DNA of 42,671 nt. Origin: an uncultured candidate division WWE3 bacterium. Lineage in GTDB: Bacteria > Patescibacteriota > WWE3 > UBA101185 > UBA10185. Each line of letters begins with the position of its first letter. Position 1 is the stretch's first letter. The position numbers and the translations under genes are program-made. Location: assembly GCA_965603395.1 (NCBI GenBank), contig CBFDCV010000002.1:1-42671 (forward strand), in the 5' to 3' direction. The notes beneath the pieces are model-generated. The model worked only from the letters and a program-made list of their open reading frames with translations, was not told the DNA's origin and searched no databases. Of this stretch, positions 24,971 through 33,761 are shown in pieces.

Positions 24971-27841
24971 ATGCCCACAGAATTAGTAAGTTTTTTTTAT
25001 CCAAAATCAGTGGCTATAATAGGTGCTTCCAGGTCTCCCGAGAAATTAGGTACCATTATTTTAAAAAACATAAGGGAAAGTGGTTTTACTGGGAAAATAT
25101 ACCCGGTTAATCCTCATGCGGACAGTATAAATGATATTAAAGCTTACCCTGACATTACAAAACTGCCCGAAACACCGGAACTGGTGATCATATCAATACC
25201 GTCTTGTCAGGTAGTGGAGGTTTTAAAGCAAGTAGGCGAAAAAGGCACCAAAAACGTAGTAGTTTTATCAGCCGGGTTTAAAGAAATCGGTGAGGAAGGT
25301 GCGAAACTAGAAAAAAACCTGGTAGAAATAGTAAAAAAGCATGAAATCAACCTTTTAGGGCCAAATTGTCTGGGTTTTGTCAATAATCTCGCCCCTATTA
25401 ACGCTACGTTTGGCGAGCCGGTTAAGCAGGTTGGAAATTTACGTTTTATTACTCAATCCGGAGCCATTGCGGCGGGACTTTTTGATTGGTGTAATTTTGT
25501 AGGTTTAGGTTTAAGTGAATTTGTCACATTAGGCAACAAAGCCGGTTTGAGTGAAAACAACATCTTGAGATATTTTCACGAACAAGATCAGAATACTTTA
25601 GCCAACCACAACGGTGAGGGATTATCTAGCCTCTCACCCATTGGTTTATATTTGGAATCTTTAGCAGATGGGAAAGAATTTTTACGCTTGGCTAAAGAAA
25701 TTACTAAAACCAATCCTGTTTTTGTCATCAAACCCGGAAAAACCAAAGCAGCGGCTAAAGCCATGCAGTCCCATACGGGCGCCATTGCCGGTGAGGATGA
25801 TGTGTTAGACGCTGTTTTAAAACATGCTGGAGTTGTAAGATGTCAGACTTTGGAAGATTTTTTCGATGTTGCCAGAGCCTTTGCTTGGGAAGATTTACCC
25901 CAGGGTCCTAAAGTAGCAGTTGTTTCCAATGCCGGAGGCCCGGCAGTTATAAGTGCGGATGCGGTTATTCAGGAAGGGTTGGAATTAGCAGAATTTGATC
26001 AACTCACTAAAGATAAATTAACCGAAGCTCTACCAAGATCAGCAAGCATAGTAAATCCGGTTGATGTGCTCGGGGACGCACTAGCTGATAGGTTTTCCCA
26101 AGCCATTGAAGCGGTATTGCAGACAGATGATGTACATTCTTTGGTAGTGATCTTAACCCCGCAAATCATGACACAGATAGCCCAAACAGCTGAAACCATC
26201 GGTAATTTATCCAAAAAATACAAAAAACCCATATTTTGCTCATTTATAGGTGGAAAACTGGTAGCGGAAGGTGAACAAAAATTGAATGAATATAAAATAC
26301 CCTCTTTTAGATACCCGGAAAGAGCCATTGCAGCCGTAGGAGCTATGTGGAAATTTAAAAAATACCAACTTGAAGCCCATGAGGATGGATTTGTAGAAGA
26401 AACCGTGCAATTGGAATCAGACGACAACTCTTGCCGTGCCGCTATACAAGAGGCCGTAAACAAAAAATACAAAACATTGGATAATCTCATGGCTGATAAA
26501 GTATTATGCTCGGCTGGAATAAAATCGCCGCCAACCAAGGCAGCCGCTAGTTTGGACGAGGCCAAAGAATTTGCAAAAGAACATGGCTGGCCTGTTGTTT
26601 TGAAACTATCATCTCCCGGATTGTTGCACAAAAAAGAAGTGGGCGGCGTGGTGCTGGATATATTAAATGAAAAACAACTGGATGAAGCTTGGCATATGCT
26701 GGAAAGAAAAGTCGAACAGTTGGACCGGGGAATTAAGGAACATTTGGTTTTCCAAATCCAAAAAGACATTCAAAATGGCGTAGAAGTGATAGTTGGCTTC
26801 AAGCATGATCCAACTTTTGGTCCGGTATTGCTTTTTGGAGCCGGCGGATCTTATGCGGAATTAATCGATGATAAAAACTTACATTTACTACCTATAACAC
26901 GTCAGCAAGTTGTTGAGTTAGTGCAAAAATCTAAAATTTACGAAATACTAAAAGGCCATGAAGGTGAGCCACCTTATTCCTTGGAAAAACTGTATGATCT
27001 GATCTTACGTGTTGCTAAGCTGGAAACCATGATTCCTGAGGCTGAGGATATAGAAATCAATCCGGTTATAGTAACATTAAATGATGTGTGGGCTGTGGAT
27101 GGAAAAATCATTATGAAAGAAATCGAACAAAAAACAACTCCAAATCCTCCAACCATGAAAACAGCTACTGCTACTAAACATGAGGTGTTGGCAGCGTATT
27201 TTCATTATTATGAGGTGGAAACTGAAGAACCGTTTGATTTCAAACCCGGGCAGTATATTAGTGTTAAGGTAGCGCCGGATGCCATCAGGGCATATTCTAT
27301 TACTACCAAACTGGGACCTAACAAATTTGCCTTGTTGGTGGATATTAGACCGGGCGGACCGGGCTCAAAGTTTTTCGAGAGTTTAAAACCTGGCGATAAA
27401 CTGCCCTTTTTAGGACCTTTTGGAAAGTTCACTCTTGAATTGGAAGAAAGTGTGGAACAACTACTGTTTTTAGGTACAGGATCAGGTATGAGCGCACTTA
27501 GGTGCATGATAGATTCGGCCCTAAAAGAGCAAGGAGTGAAAACACCTATGAAATTATATTTTGGGCTTACTTTTCCTCATGAGATCTTTTGGCAGGATTA
27601 TTTTGAAAATCTTAAAAAAGAGTACCCAAACTTTGATTATGATATTGCTATATTCAAACCTGATGAATCTTGGACCGGGCACACAGGATTTATCACAGAA
27701 TATGTAAAGCAGGACTTCCCGGATACTAGTAAAAGTGTGGCCTATTTGTGTGGTCACAGAGCTATGATCGCTGACGCTAGTGAGTTATTGCAGGCCAACG
27801 GCTGCCCCAAAGAAAGAATTTTTACAGAAAGGTTTGTGTAA
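24971..27841 (+). CDS. ADP-forming acetyl-CoA synthetase (fused alpha-beta) with C-terminal FNR-type FAD/NAD(P)-binding domain
   Basis: CoA-binding N-terminus (VAIIGASRSPEKLG), the phosphohistidine segment MQSHTGAIAGEDD and an ATP-grasp half (to about aa 715). About 220 aa follow carrying RAYS, GGPGSKF, LGPFG, LFLGTGSGMS and YLCGHRAM. Confidence 0.85.
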   Translation: MPTELVSFFYPKSVAIIGASRSPEKLGTIILKNIRESGFTGKIYPVNPHADSINDIKAYPDITKLPETPELVIISIPSCQVVEVLKQVGEKGTKNVVVLSAGFKEIGEEGAKLEKNLVEIVKKHEINLLGPNCLGFVNNLAPINATFGEPVKQVGNLRFITQSGAIAAGLFDWCNFVGLGLSEFVTLGNKAGLSENNILRYFHEQDQNTLANHNGEGLSSLSPIGLYLESLADGKEFLRLAKEITKTNPVFVIKPGKTKAAAKAMQSHTGAIAGEDDVLDAVLKHAGVVRCQTLEDFFDVARAFAWEDLPQGPKVAVVSNAGGPAVISADAVIQEGLELAEFDQLTKDKLTEALPRSASIVNPVDVLGDALADRFSQAIEAVLQTDDVHSLVVILTPQIMTQIAQTAETIGNLSKKYKKPIFCSFIGGKLVAEGEQKLNEYKIPSFRYPERAIAAVGAMWKFKKYQLEAHEDGFVEETVQLESDDNSCRAAIQEAVNKKYKTLDNLMADKVLCSAGIKSPPTKAAASLDEAKEFAKEHGWPVVLKLSSPGLLHKKEVGGVVLDILNEKQLDEAWHMLERKVEQLDRGIKEHLVFQIQKDIQNGVEVIVGFKHDPTFGPVLLFGAGGSYAELIDDKNLHLLPITRQQVVELVQKSKIYEILKGHEGEPPYSLEKLYDLILRVAKLETMIPEAEDIEINPVIVTLNDVWAVDGKIIMKEIEQKTTPNPPTMKTATATKHEVLAAYFHYYEVETEEPFDFKPGQYISVKVAPDAIRAYSITTKLGPNKFALLVDIRPGGPGSKFFESLKPGDKLPFLGPFGKFTLELEESVEQLLFLGTGSGMSALRCMIDSALKEQGVKTPMKLYFGLTFPHEIFWQDYFENLKKEYPNFDYDIAIFKPDESWTGHTGFITEYVKQDFPDTSKSVAYLCGHRAMIADASELLQANGCPKERIFTERFV

Positions 27842-29574
27842 TGCAAGAAATTTTTACACTAAAAATTGCCGGTATGGCAGGGCAAGGAATAAAATCCGCA
27901 GGCATTTTATATGCTCGATTTGCTAATCGTTCGGGACGGTTTATTTATAACTATATTGAATACCCATCTATAATTAGGGGCGGACATAATGTGATGCAAA
28001 TAAACATTTGTAATGAAGAGGTAACCGGTCCTAGCAGCAAAACAGACTTTTTAATTGCCCTAAATCAAGAATCCATTGATTTTCATGTGGATGAACTAAC
28101 TAAGGGAGCGGGAATTGTGTTTGATGGAGATGATAATTTGGATACTTCCAAAGTGCCTGAGGGCGTGAATCTTTGTCCGGTTCCTTTGTCTGCCTTGGCT
28201 AAAGAGGCTGGTGGCGGTGAGTTGTTGGTAAATACTGTGGCTTTGGGAGCTGCTACAGCTCATTTGGGTGGCAGTATGGATATTTTGAAAAATCTTGTTC
28301 ATGAAGAATTTGCCGACAAGGGTGAGGAGATTGTGCAGGCTGATCAAAAAGCTGCTGAGTTAGGTTACAATTTTGCAAAAGAAAATTACCCCAATGTAAT
28401 AAATGATACTTTAAAACCTGAGGACACTATGTCTTCCGCTATTCCTAGGATGGTTATCAACGGTAATGAAGCGGCTGCCTTAGGCGCCATTGCCGGTGGA
28501 GTGCAGTTTGCCGCTATTTATCCCATGTCACCTATATCAAATATATTGCATGTACTGGCTAAACATCAGGAAACATACGGTTATGTGTATAAACAGCCTG
28601 AAGATGAGATTGCGGCCATAAATATGGCTTTAGGAGCTTCCTTTGCCGGTGCTAGGGCCATGACCGCTACCTCAGGTGGAGGTTTTGCCTTAATGACTGA
28701 AAGCTACGGTTTGGCAGGCATTGCAGAGCTACCGGTAGTGATTATTGAGGGTCAGCGCGGAGGTCCGGCTACAGGAATTCCTACTTGGAGCAGCCAGGGA
28801 GATCTACGATTTGTATTACATGCTCATCAGGATGATTTTCCCAGGATTATATTAACCCCCGGAGATCCGGAAGAAACTTTTTACATGACCATGGAAGCTT
28901 TTAATTTGGCAGAAAAATACCAAACACCTGTAGTGGTACTAATCGATAAAAATATTTGTGAAAATGATAAGAGCATTCAGTATCTGAATATCAAGGATTT
29001 TGAGGTGGATAGAGGTAATTTCACCATGGAAAAAGTCGAAAACTATGAAAGATACGCTTTATCAGATGATGGAATTTCTCATAGATCAGTTCCCGGAGTA
29101 GGGAATTACTTTATTGCTAATTCCGATGAGCACGACGCTATTGGTTACTCCAGTGAAGAAATTCAAAATCGCAATGAGCAAATGGAAAAAAGAATGAAAA
29201 AGCTGGAAACTTGCGCTCAACAAGACATGCCCGAACCGGAGTTGTTCGGTCCGGAAAATGCTGATCTGACAATAATTTCATGGGGTAGTAATAAAGGAAC
29301 CATCACACAGGCACTGAAAAAATTCGATAATGTTAACTTTTTACATTTAACTTGGATAAATCCTTTTCCGGTGGCCAAAGTAAAAAAAGTACTGAGCAAA
29401 GCAAAACACGTTATTAATGTTGAATGCAACTTCACAGCACACCTGGGCGGTATCATCAGAGAAAAAACAGGTATTGAAATTAAGGACAACTTCTTAAAAT
29501 ATGATGGCAGACCAATCTATGTAGAGGAGATGGTCGAAAAGATAAATTCTGTTTTGAAAGGAGGCAAATCATGA
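27841..29574 (+). CDS. 2-oxoacid:ferredoxin oxidoreductase, fused gamma-alpha subunit
   Basis: TAATG overlap with the upstream stop. Gamma-type N-terminus (IAGMAGQGIKSAG). Alpha core (NGNEAAALGAIAGGVQFAAIYPMSPIS, EGQRGGPATGIPT). Confidence 0.85.
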   Translation: MQEIFTLKIAGMAGQGIKSAGILYARFANRSGRFIYNYIEYPSIIRGGHNVMQINICNEEVTGPSSKTDFLIALNQESIDFHVDELTKGAGIVFDGDDNLDTSKVPEGVNLCPVPLSALAKEAGGGELLVNTVALGAATAHLGGSMDILKNLVHEEFADKGEEIVQADQKAAELGYNFAKENYPNVINDTLKPEDTMSSAIPRMVINGNEAAALGAIAGGVQFAAIYPMSPISNILHVLAKHQETYGYVYKQPEDEIAAINMALGASFAGARAMTATSGGGFALMTESYGLAGIAELPVVIIEGQRGGPATGIPTWSSQGDLRFVLHAHQDDFPRIILTPGDPEETFYMTMEAFNLAEKYQTPVVVLIDKNICENDKSIQYLNIKDFEVDRGNFTMEKVENYERYALSDDGISHRSVPGVGNYFIANSDEHDAIGYSSEEIQNRNEQMEKRMKKLETCAQQDMPEPELFGPENADLTIISWGSNKGTITQALKKFDNVNFLHLTWINPFPVAKVKKVLSKAKHVINVECNFTAHLGGIIREKTGIEIKDNFLKYDGRPIYVEEMVEKINSVLKGGKS

Positions 29575-30428
29575 CTACATTAGCAGATTTAAAAACACCA
29601 TATGACCCGAACTGGTGTCCCGGTTGCGGAAATCTACCTTTATGGTTGGCTTTTAAAAACGCAGCTGTAGAAAAAGACTGGGATAATACCAATACGGCTA
29701 TAGTGGCCGGTATAGGATGCCATGGACACATTTTAAACTTTACCAAGCTAACTTCCTTTGAGGGTTTGCACGGCAGGCCGGTTCCTGTAGCGTCGGGTAT
29801 AAAAATGGCCAATCATCGCTTAAACGTATTTGCTTTTTCCGGTGATGGAGACTCTTTAGGTGAAGGCGGCAACCATTTTATACACGCGGCTAGAAGAAAC
29901 CACGATATAACTTTAATTTTGCACGATAACGGATTGTATGCACTAACAACAGGGCAGACATCTCCGGCTACGCCTCATGGGTTGAAGACCAAATCTACGC
30001 CGCAGGGAAATCCTGACTATCCGCTTATGCCCATAACTATGGCTATAGCGGCAGGAGCTACTTTTGTAGCCAGAGGGTTTACCGGAGATATAAAGCAGCT
30101 GACCGACTTATTTATTCAAGCCAATGAACACAAGGGATTTGCCTTGGTGGATGTCATGCAGCCATGTCAGACTTTCAATAAAGTTTTAACTCACGAGTTT
30201 TATCAGCAGAATAAGTACTATTTGGGAGAAGATCATGATGTTACAAACAAAGAAGCAGCCTTCAAAAAATCATTAGAGTTTGGTGAAAAAGCTATACCTT
30301 TGGGAGTATTTTATAAAGAGGAAAAACAAAGCTATGAGAGCGTATTGCCCCAATTAGCAGAAACTCCTCTTATAGAGCATTCACCGGTTCGAAAAGATTT
30401 GGACGGGTTGTTCAAAAAGTATATTTAG
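29571..30428 (+). CDS. 2-oxoacid:ferredoxin oxidoreductase, beta (TPP-binding) subunit
   Basis: ATGA overlap with the alpha subunit. WCPGCGN, and the TPP motif GDGDSLGEGGNHFIHAARRNHDITLILHDNGLYALTTGQ. Confidence 0.85.
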   Translation: MTTLADLKTPYDPNWCPGCGNLPLWLAFKNAAVEKDWDNTNTAIVAGIGCHGHILNFTKLTSFEGLHGRPVPVASGIKMANHRLNVFAFSGDGDSLGEGGNHFIHAARRNHDITLILHDNGLYALTTGQTSPATPHGLKTKSTPQGNPDYPLMPITMAIAAGATFVARGFTGDIKQLTDLFIQANEHKGFALVDVMQPCQTFNKVLTHEFYQQNKYYLGEDHDVTNKEAAFKKSLEFGEKAIPLGVFYKEEKQSYESVLPQLAETPLIEHSPVRKDLDGLFKKYI

Positions 30429-30443
30429 TTTATTCTTAAGTTT

Positions 30444-30701
30444 ATGAGTGATTTCTCAGAAAATGACAAAATATTACAAATCGGCAAGTACAAAGTTCAG
30501 GTTGTAAGAGAACTTTGTATAGGGGCCGCTTCCTGTTTAGCTTTTTCTCCGGATAGCTTTACCTTAGACGGAGAGAACAAGGCAGTGATCACGGAAGGAA
30601 GCACTGATGAAGAAAATATCATCATGGCAGCTCAATCATGTCCCACCAAGGCCATTATTGTCGAAGATACAGAAACAGGTCAGCAAGTTTGGCCGGCTTG
30701 A
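30444..30701 (+). CDS. small single-cluster ferredoxin
   Basis: 85 aa. CIGAASCLAFSPDSF ... AAQSCPTKAI shows the Cx5C...CP pattern of single [3Fe-4S]/[4Fe-4S] ferredoxins. Confidence 0.8.
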   Translation: MSDFSENDKILQIGKYKVQVVRELCIGAASCLAFSPDSFTLDGENKAVITEGSTDEENIIMAAQSCPTKAIIVEDTETGQQVWPA

Positions 30702-30708
30702 TCGAACA

Positions 30709-30760
30709 TAAAAAAAGAGGACAGGCATCAGTTATATTTAACTGAGGTTCACCCGTCCTC
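30709..30760 (-). terminator. intrinsic terminator (minus strand; hairpin also follows the plus-strand ferredoxin gene)
   Basis: The outer stem GAGGACAGG/CCCGTCCTC has one mismatch and encloses the inner stem TCAGTTA-TATT-TAACTGA. The minus strand reads the hairpin followed by a run of at least seven Ts. It abuts the stop codon of 30760..31476. Confidence 0.5.
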
Positions 30761-31476
30761 TAGGCGTTATACGCGTTGACTACTTCCTTGGTCCAGTTCA
30801 GGAGATTTGCTGAGTCTATTGGTGTTTTTGTTAGGTTAACAGCTACCCATTTTAAATGTACTGCTACTGTGTTTCCTACCTTAAGTGATGGCTTGAAAAG
30901 TCTAGGGTCGAATTCCACTTCTTCCCGGAGGTTGGTAGTAACCAGTTTTCTTCTCTTATTAGTCAGAGAGATCAGATCTACAGCGGCTGTCTTTTCTGAA
31001 ATTTCTGTTATTACGCCAAATCTAACCATGCAATTATTGACTCCACCAAGGTCCTTTCTTGTTCCCCCACTTAAAAAATGACCTAGCAAAACTTGATAAA
31101 GGTGCATAGGGATGAAATTTGCAGGTGCAATCTTTCTTAATTCATCCAAGTTCTCCCTAGGATAGCCTTTGACTACCATTTCGGAGAGAAGAAGCTCAAA
31201 ATGTTTGGGCTCAGCTTTATGTAGATCATCACTGCCCAACCAATAAGCACGCGTTACCTCCGGTTTAAATGCGTCAGCTGTGCCTATCATGCTTTTAATG
31301 GTTGTCAGGTACGGAAACATGTTGGCAAATTGACCAAATTCTTTCCTAACACCTTTGCATTGGCCGGTAAGAATACATTTGATGATTGCTTCTTCCGGTA
31401 GTTTTCCGGTGCCGCAAGAACTATTTCTGTAAGCTGGGTAAGCAAATCTTGCCGCAAGCTGTAGGCCACTACTCAT
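30760..31476 (-). CDS. uncharacterised conserved protein (DUF6390-like?) with HypC-like C-terminal segment
   Basis: Strong SD (AAAAGGAGGAAAAG before the ATG). FAYPAYRNSSCGTG, RAYWLGSD, IPMHLYQVL, NNCMVRFGVI and VGNTVAVHLKWVAVNL match what I recall of DUF6390. This is unverified. Confidence 0.5.
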   Translation of the reverse strand: MSSGLQLAARFAYPAYRNSSCGTGKLPEEAIIKCILTGQCKGVRKEFGQFANMFPYLTTIKSMIGTADAFKPEVTRAYWLGSDDLHKAEPKHFELLLSEMVVKGYPRENLDELRKIAPANFIPMHLYQVLLGHFLSGGTRKDLGGVNNCMVRFGVITEISEKTAAVDLISLTNKRRKLVTTNLREEVEFDPRLFKPSLKVGNTVAVHLKWVAVNLTKTPIDSANLLNWTKEVVNAYNA

Positions 31477-31550
31477 CTTTTCCTCCTTTTTTGATTTAAA
31501 GTTCGTCTAATTTATTACTTTGTTTGTGTGGTATCTTAAAGTAAATTGTT

Positions 31551-31952
31551 ATGAAAGTCTATGTTTTCGGAAATCAGGATATGCTCGAAGATAGCTGGGC
31601 ACATAAACATACAGAGAAACTAAGTGCTGATTTTCCTAAAATTAAATTCATTTTCATTAAACCAAACGAAGACCTACCGTTTGTAGATGAGAAACAGATT
31701 GTTATTATGGATGCGGTTGAGGGAATTTCCAAGGCCCGAATTTTTGAAGATGCTGATCCGGATAAGATCAAACTCTCTCCTCGTACCTCAGTGCATGATT
31801 TTGATCTTGGTTTTCAATTAAAATATCTAAAGAAAATTGGGAAGTTGGGAAAAATCACTATTTTAGGGATTCCCATGACGGGAGATGCTGACTACAGTTC
31901 TATCCACTCCATGGTCAAAAAATTAGTAGCACAAGACATGCAAGGATCGTAA
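31551..31952 (+). CDS. [NiFe] hydrogenase maturation endopeptidase (HycI/HyaD family)
   Basis: MKVYVFGNQDMLEDSWA (GNxxxxDD-like), IVIMDAVEG and SVHDFDLG correspond to the three metal-ligand regions. 133 aa. Confidence 0.7.
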   Translation: MKVYVFGNQDMLEDSWAHKHTEKLSADFPKIKFIFIKPNEDLPFVDEKQIVIMDAVEGISKARIFEDADPDKIKLSPRTSVHDFDLGFQLKYLKKIGKLGKITILGIPMTGDADYSSIHSMVKKLVAQDMQGS

Positions 31953-33193
31953 GCCCGGATAATTTTTTCAGCTTCTAAACGTAAAATGTCCTGGTGTTTA
32001 TCCATATTTTCGTTAAAATATTTTTTTAAATCGTTTTCTATGTTTATTTGGTTTTGAGCTGTAGGTACAATAACATCGTAATCTATGATCATGCCTTTTT
32101 CGTCAATTTCTGCCATGTGGTACAAAATTCCTCTTGGGGCCTCCACTACGCCCACCCCTCTGCCTGCTTGAGGGGGTTTTCTAATTGGTTTTTCATCTTT
32201 TAACTCAATATTTCTTAAAATATCTAAAGAATCGTCTACGCAGTGTAAAATCTCAATAGCTTGAGCTAGGTTATTATCGAAGACGTTATTAGAAGGGAAA
32301 GCGTCTAATATTTCTCTTAAACTTTCAACAGTTTTGGGATGGAGCTGATCTTTGTTGAGATTTATTCGAGCCAAAGAGCCAACTAAGTAGTCCTCATGAT
32401 CATCAGAAAATACATAACCCTCAGCTTGAGAGTAAGGGATAACTACTGATTTCAAAAAGTCATGGAAATTTTCTTCAGGAACTTTTTTGCCACTAGAGTT
32501 GACCACTTCTCCTTCCAGAAAATCAAACCTGTCGGGATTTCGAATACAAAGATAATCAGAATTTCTTATCAGCTCCTCTTTCCAATCAAAGAAAAGTTTT
32601 ACACCTCTAAGAACTTGGGAGCGGATTTTTTCTAGATCAGCGATTAATTCCGGAAATTTGGATGAGTCCGGTAACTTTAATAAGCCACCGACAGTAGGAT
32701 AAGGTGCGTGAATAGCGGCGCCGATTGTTACATCAGAGATTTTTGTGCCCACCCTTTTAATATCAAAAGAATCGTGTAGTAAAGTATGGCCAAAATCATC
32801 GTGATCATCAGGAATGTCTAAAATGGAGTCTATGCCCAACACATCAGGCAAAACAAAAAAGTATAGGTGCAAGGCGTGGTCCCTGATCATCAAAGCATTA
32901 TAAGCAAGCCTTCTTAAAGTCATAGTTTGCTCAGTGTTTTCAATGCCTTGGGATTTTTCTATGGCTTCCAGGGAGGCAAAAAGGTGTGCTACAGAACAAG
33001 TACCACAAATCCTGGACAAAAATGAACCCGCGGCAATATAAGGTTTGCCCTTGACCGCTTCAGTGTAAAACCTTCGATAATCCTTGATAATAAATTTTAA
33101 ATCTTTTACCTGGCCGTTTCTGACAGTTACCTCTAAACCAGCTGTTCCTTCAACTTTTGATATAGAATCTATGTTTATTTCACCACTGTGCAT
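31892..33193 (-). CDS. [NiFe] hydrogenase large subunit (group 3-like)
   Basis: N-terminal RICGTCSVAH and C-terminal DPCMSCATN Ni-Fe ligand motifs. At 433 aa the size fits cytoplasmic group 3 enzymes. Confidence 0.9.
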   Translation of the reverse strand: MHSGEINIDSISKVEGTAGLEVTVRNGQVKDLKFIIKDYRRFYTEAVKGKPYIAAGSFLSRICGTCSVAHLFASLEAIEKSQGIENTEQTMTLRRLAYNALMIRDHALHLYFFVLPDVLGIDSILDIPDDHDDFGHTLLHDSFDIKRVGTKISDVTIGAAIHAPYPTVGGLLKLPDSSKFPELIADLEKIRSQVLRGVKLFFDWKEELIRNSDYLCIRNPDRFDFLEGEVVNSSGKKVPEENFHDFLKSVVIPYSQAEGYVFSDDHEDYLVGSLARINLNKDQLHPKTVESLREILDAFPSNNVFDNNLAQAIEILHCVDDSLDILRNIELKDEKPIRKPPQAGRGVGVVEAPRGILYHMAEIDEKGMIIDYDVIVPTAQNQINIENDLKKYFNENMDKHQDILRLEAEKIIRAYDPCMSCATNFLTMEWIEL

Positions 33194-33194
33194 A

Positions 33195-33719
33195 TTAAGG
33201 TATGTTAAAAATTTTTAAATATTTTTCTAAAACTTGATAAAAAGTTTGTACGTTCATAGGGCAGCCATCTACCTTGTCATCTACCTGTATGACTTCCTCC
33301 AGTTTTTGTACTTTATCACTGTAGTCAAAATGATCCAAATACCATTGGATGCGTTCGTTTATTTGCTCATCGCCAAAGTCATTTCTGCTGGCAGAGGGCA
33401 TGCCTGTGCAAGCGCAAGAACCTATGGCTACCACGTATTTGGCGTTGTCCCTTATTTTTTTAACTTCCTCTTCTTGTGTAGACGAAGAAACTGCCCCTTC
33501 GATGAAAGCCACGTCCAAATTTTCCAGCTTATTGTTAGTTTTGAGAGATCTTACATGTTGAAAATCGACTACTTTTTTCCATTCGTCAAAATGATCGTTT
33601 AGTAGTTCCGTAAATAATATAGTGCTATCTTCGCAACAAGTAAATGAAAACCACCCTATGGCCATTTTTTTCTTTTTGGTTTGGGTTTCTTGTACCTGTT
33701 CTTGTTTTTGTTCGTCCAT
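33195..33719 (-). CDS. [NiFe] hydrogenase small subunit, minimal (proximal-cluster only)
   Basis: 174 aa. The cysteines occur only in FTCCEDS, GSCACTGMP and DGCPMN. It lies 1 nt upstream of the large subunit. An alternative start is Met19 (MAIGWFSF). Confidence 0.8.
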   Translation of the reverse strand: MDEQKQEQVQETQTKKKKMAIGWFSFTCCEDSTILFTELLNDHFDEWKKVVDFQHVRSLKTNNKLENLDVAFIEGAVSSSTQEEEVKKIRDNAKYVVAIGSCACTGMPSASRNDFGDEQINERIQWYLDHFDYSDKVQKLEEVIQVDDKVDGCPMNVQTFYQVLEKYLKIFNIP

Positions 33720-33747
33720 AAAACTTCTCTAAATCGATAACATTATT

Positions 33748-33753
33748 TATAAT
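33748..33753 (+). promoter_or_regulatory. -10 box placed for a (near-)leaderless hypC transcript
   Basis: An exact TATAAT is followed by 8 nt and then ATG 33762. There is no SD. It lies in the 42-nt divergent gap to the hydrogenase operon. Confidence 0.4.
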
Positions 33754-33761
33754 AACATAAC

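Noticed and set aside
25999-26769. 256-aa ORF on the minus strand inside the ACD gene
   Set aside because: It is antisense to a region with clear ACD homology. Its product is Ser/Cys/Ala-rich and low in complexity, and it has no SD or promoter. It is a typical shadow ORF.
29480-29812. 110-aa minus-strand ORF spanning the OFOR alpha/beta junction
   Set aside because: It is antisense to two strongly supported, translationally coupled genes and has no independent signals.
33234-33602. 122-aa and 70-aa plus-strand ORFs inside the hydrogenase small-subunit gene
   Set aside because: They are shadow ORFs opposite a gene with clear Fe-S ligand motifs.
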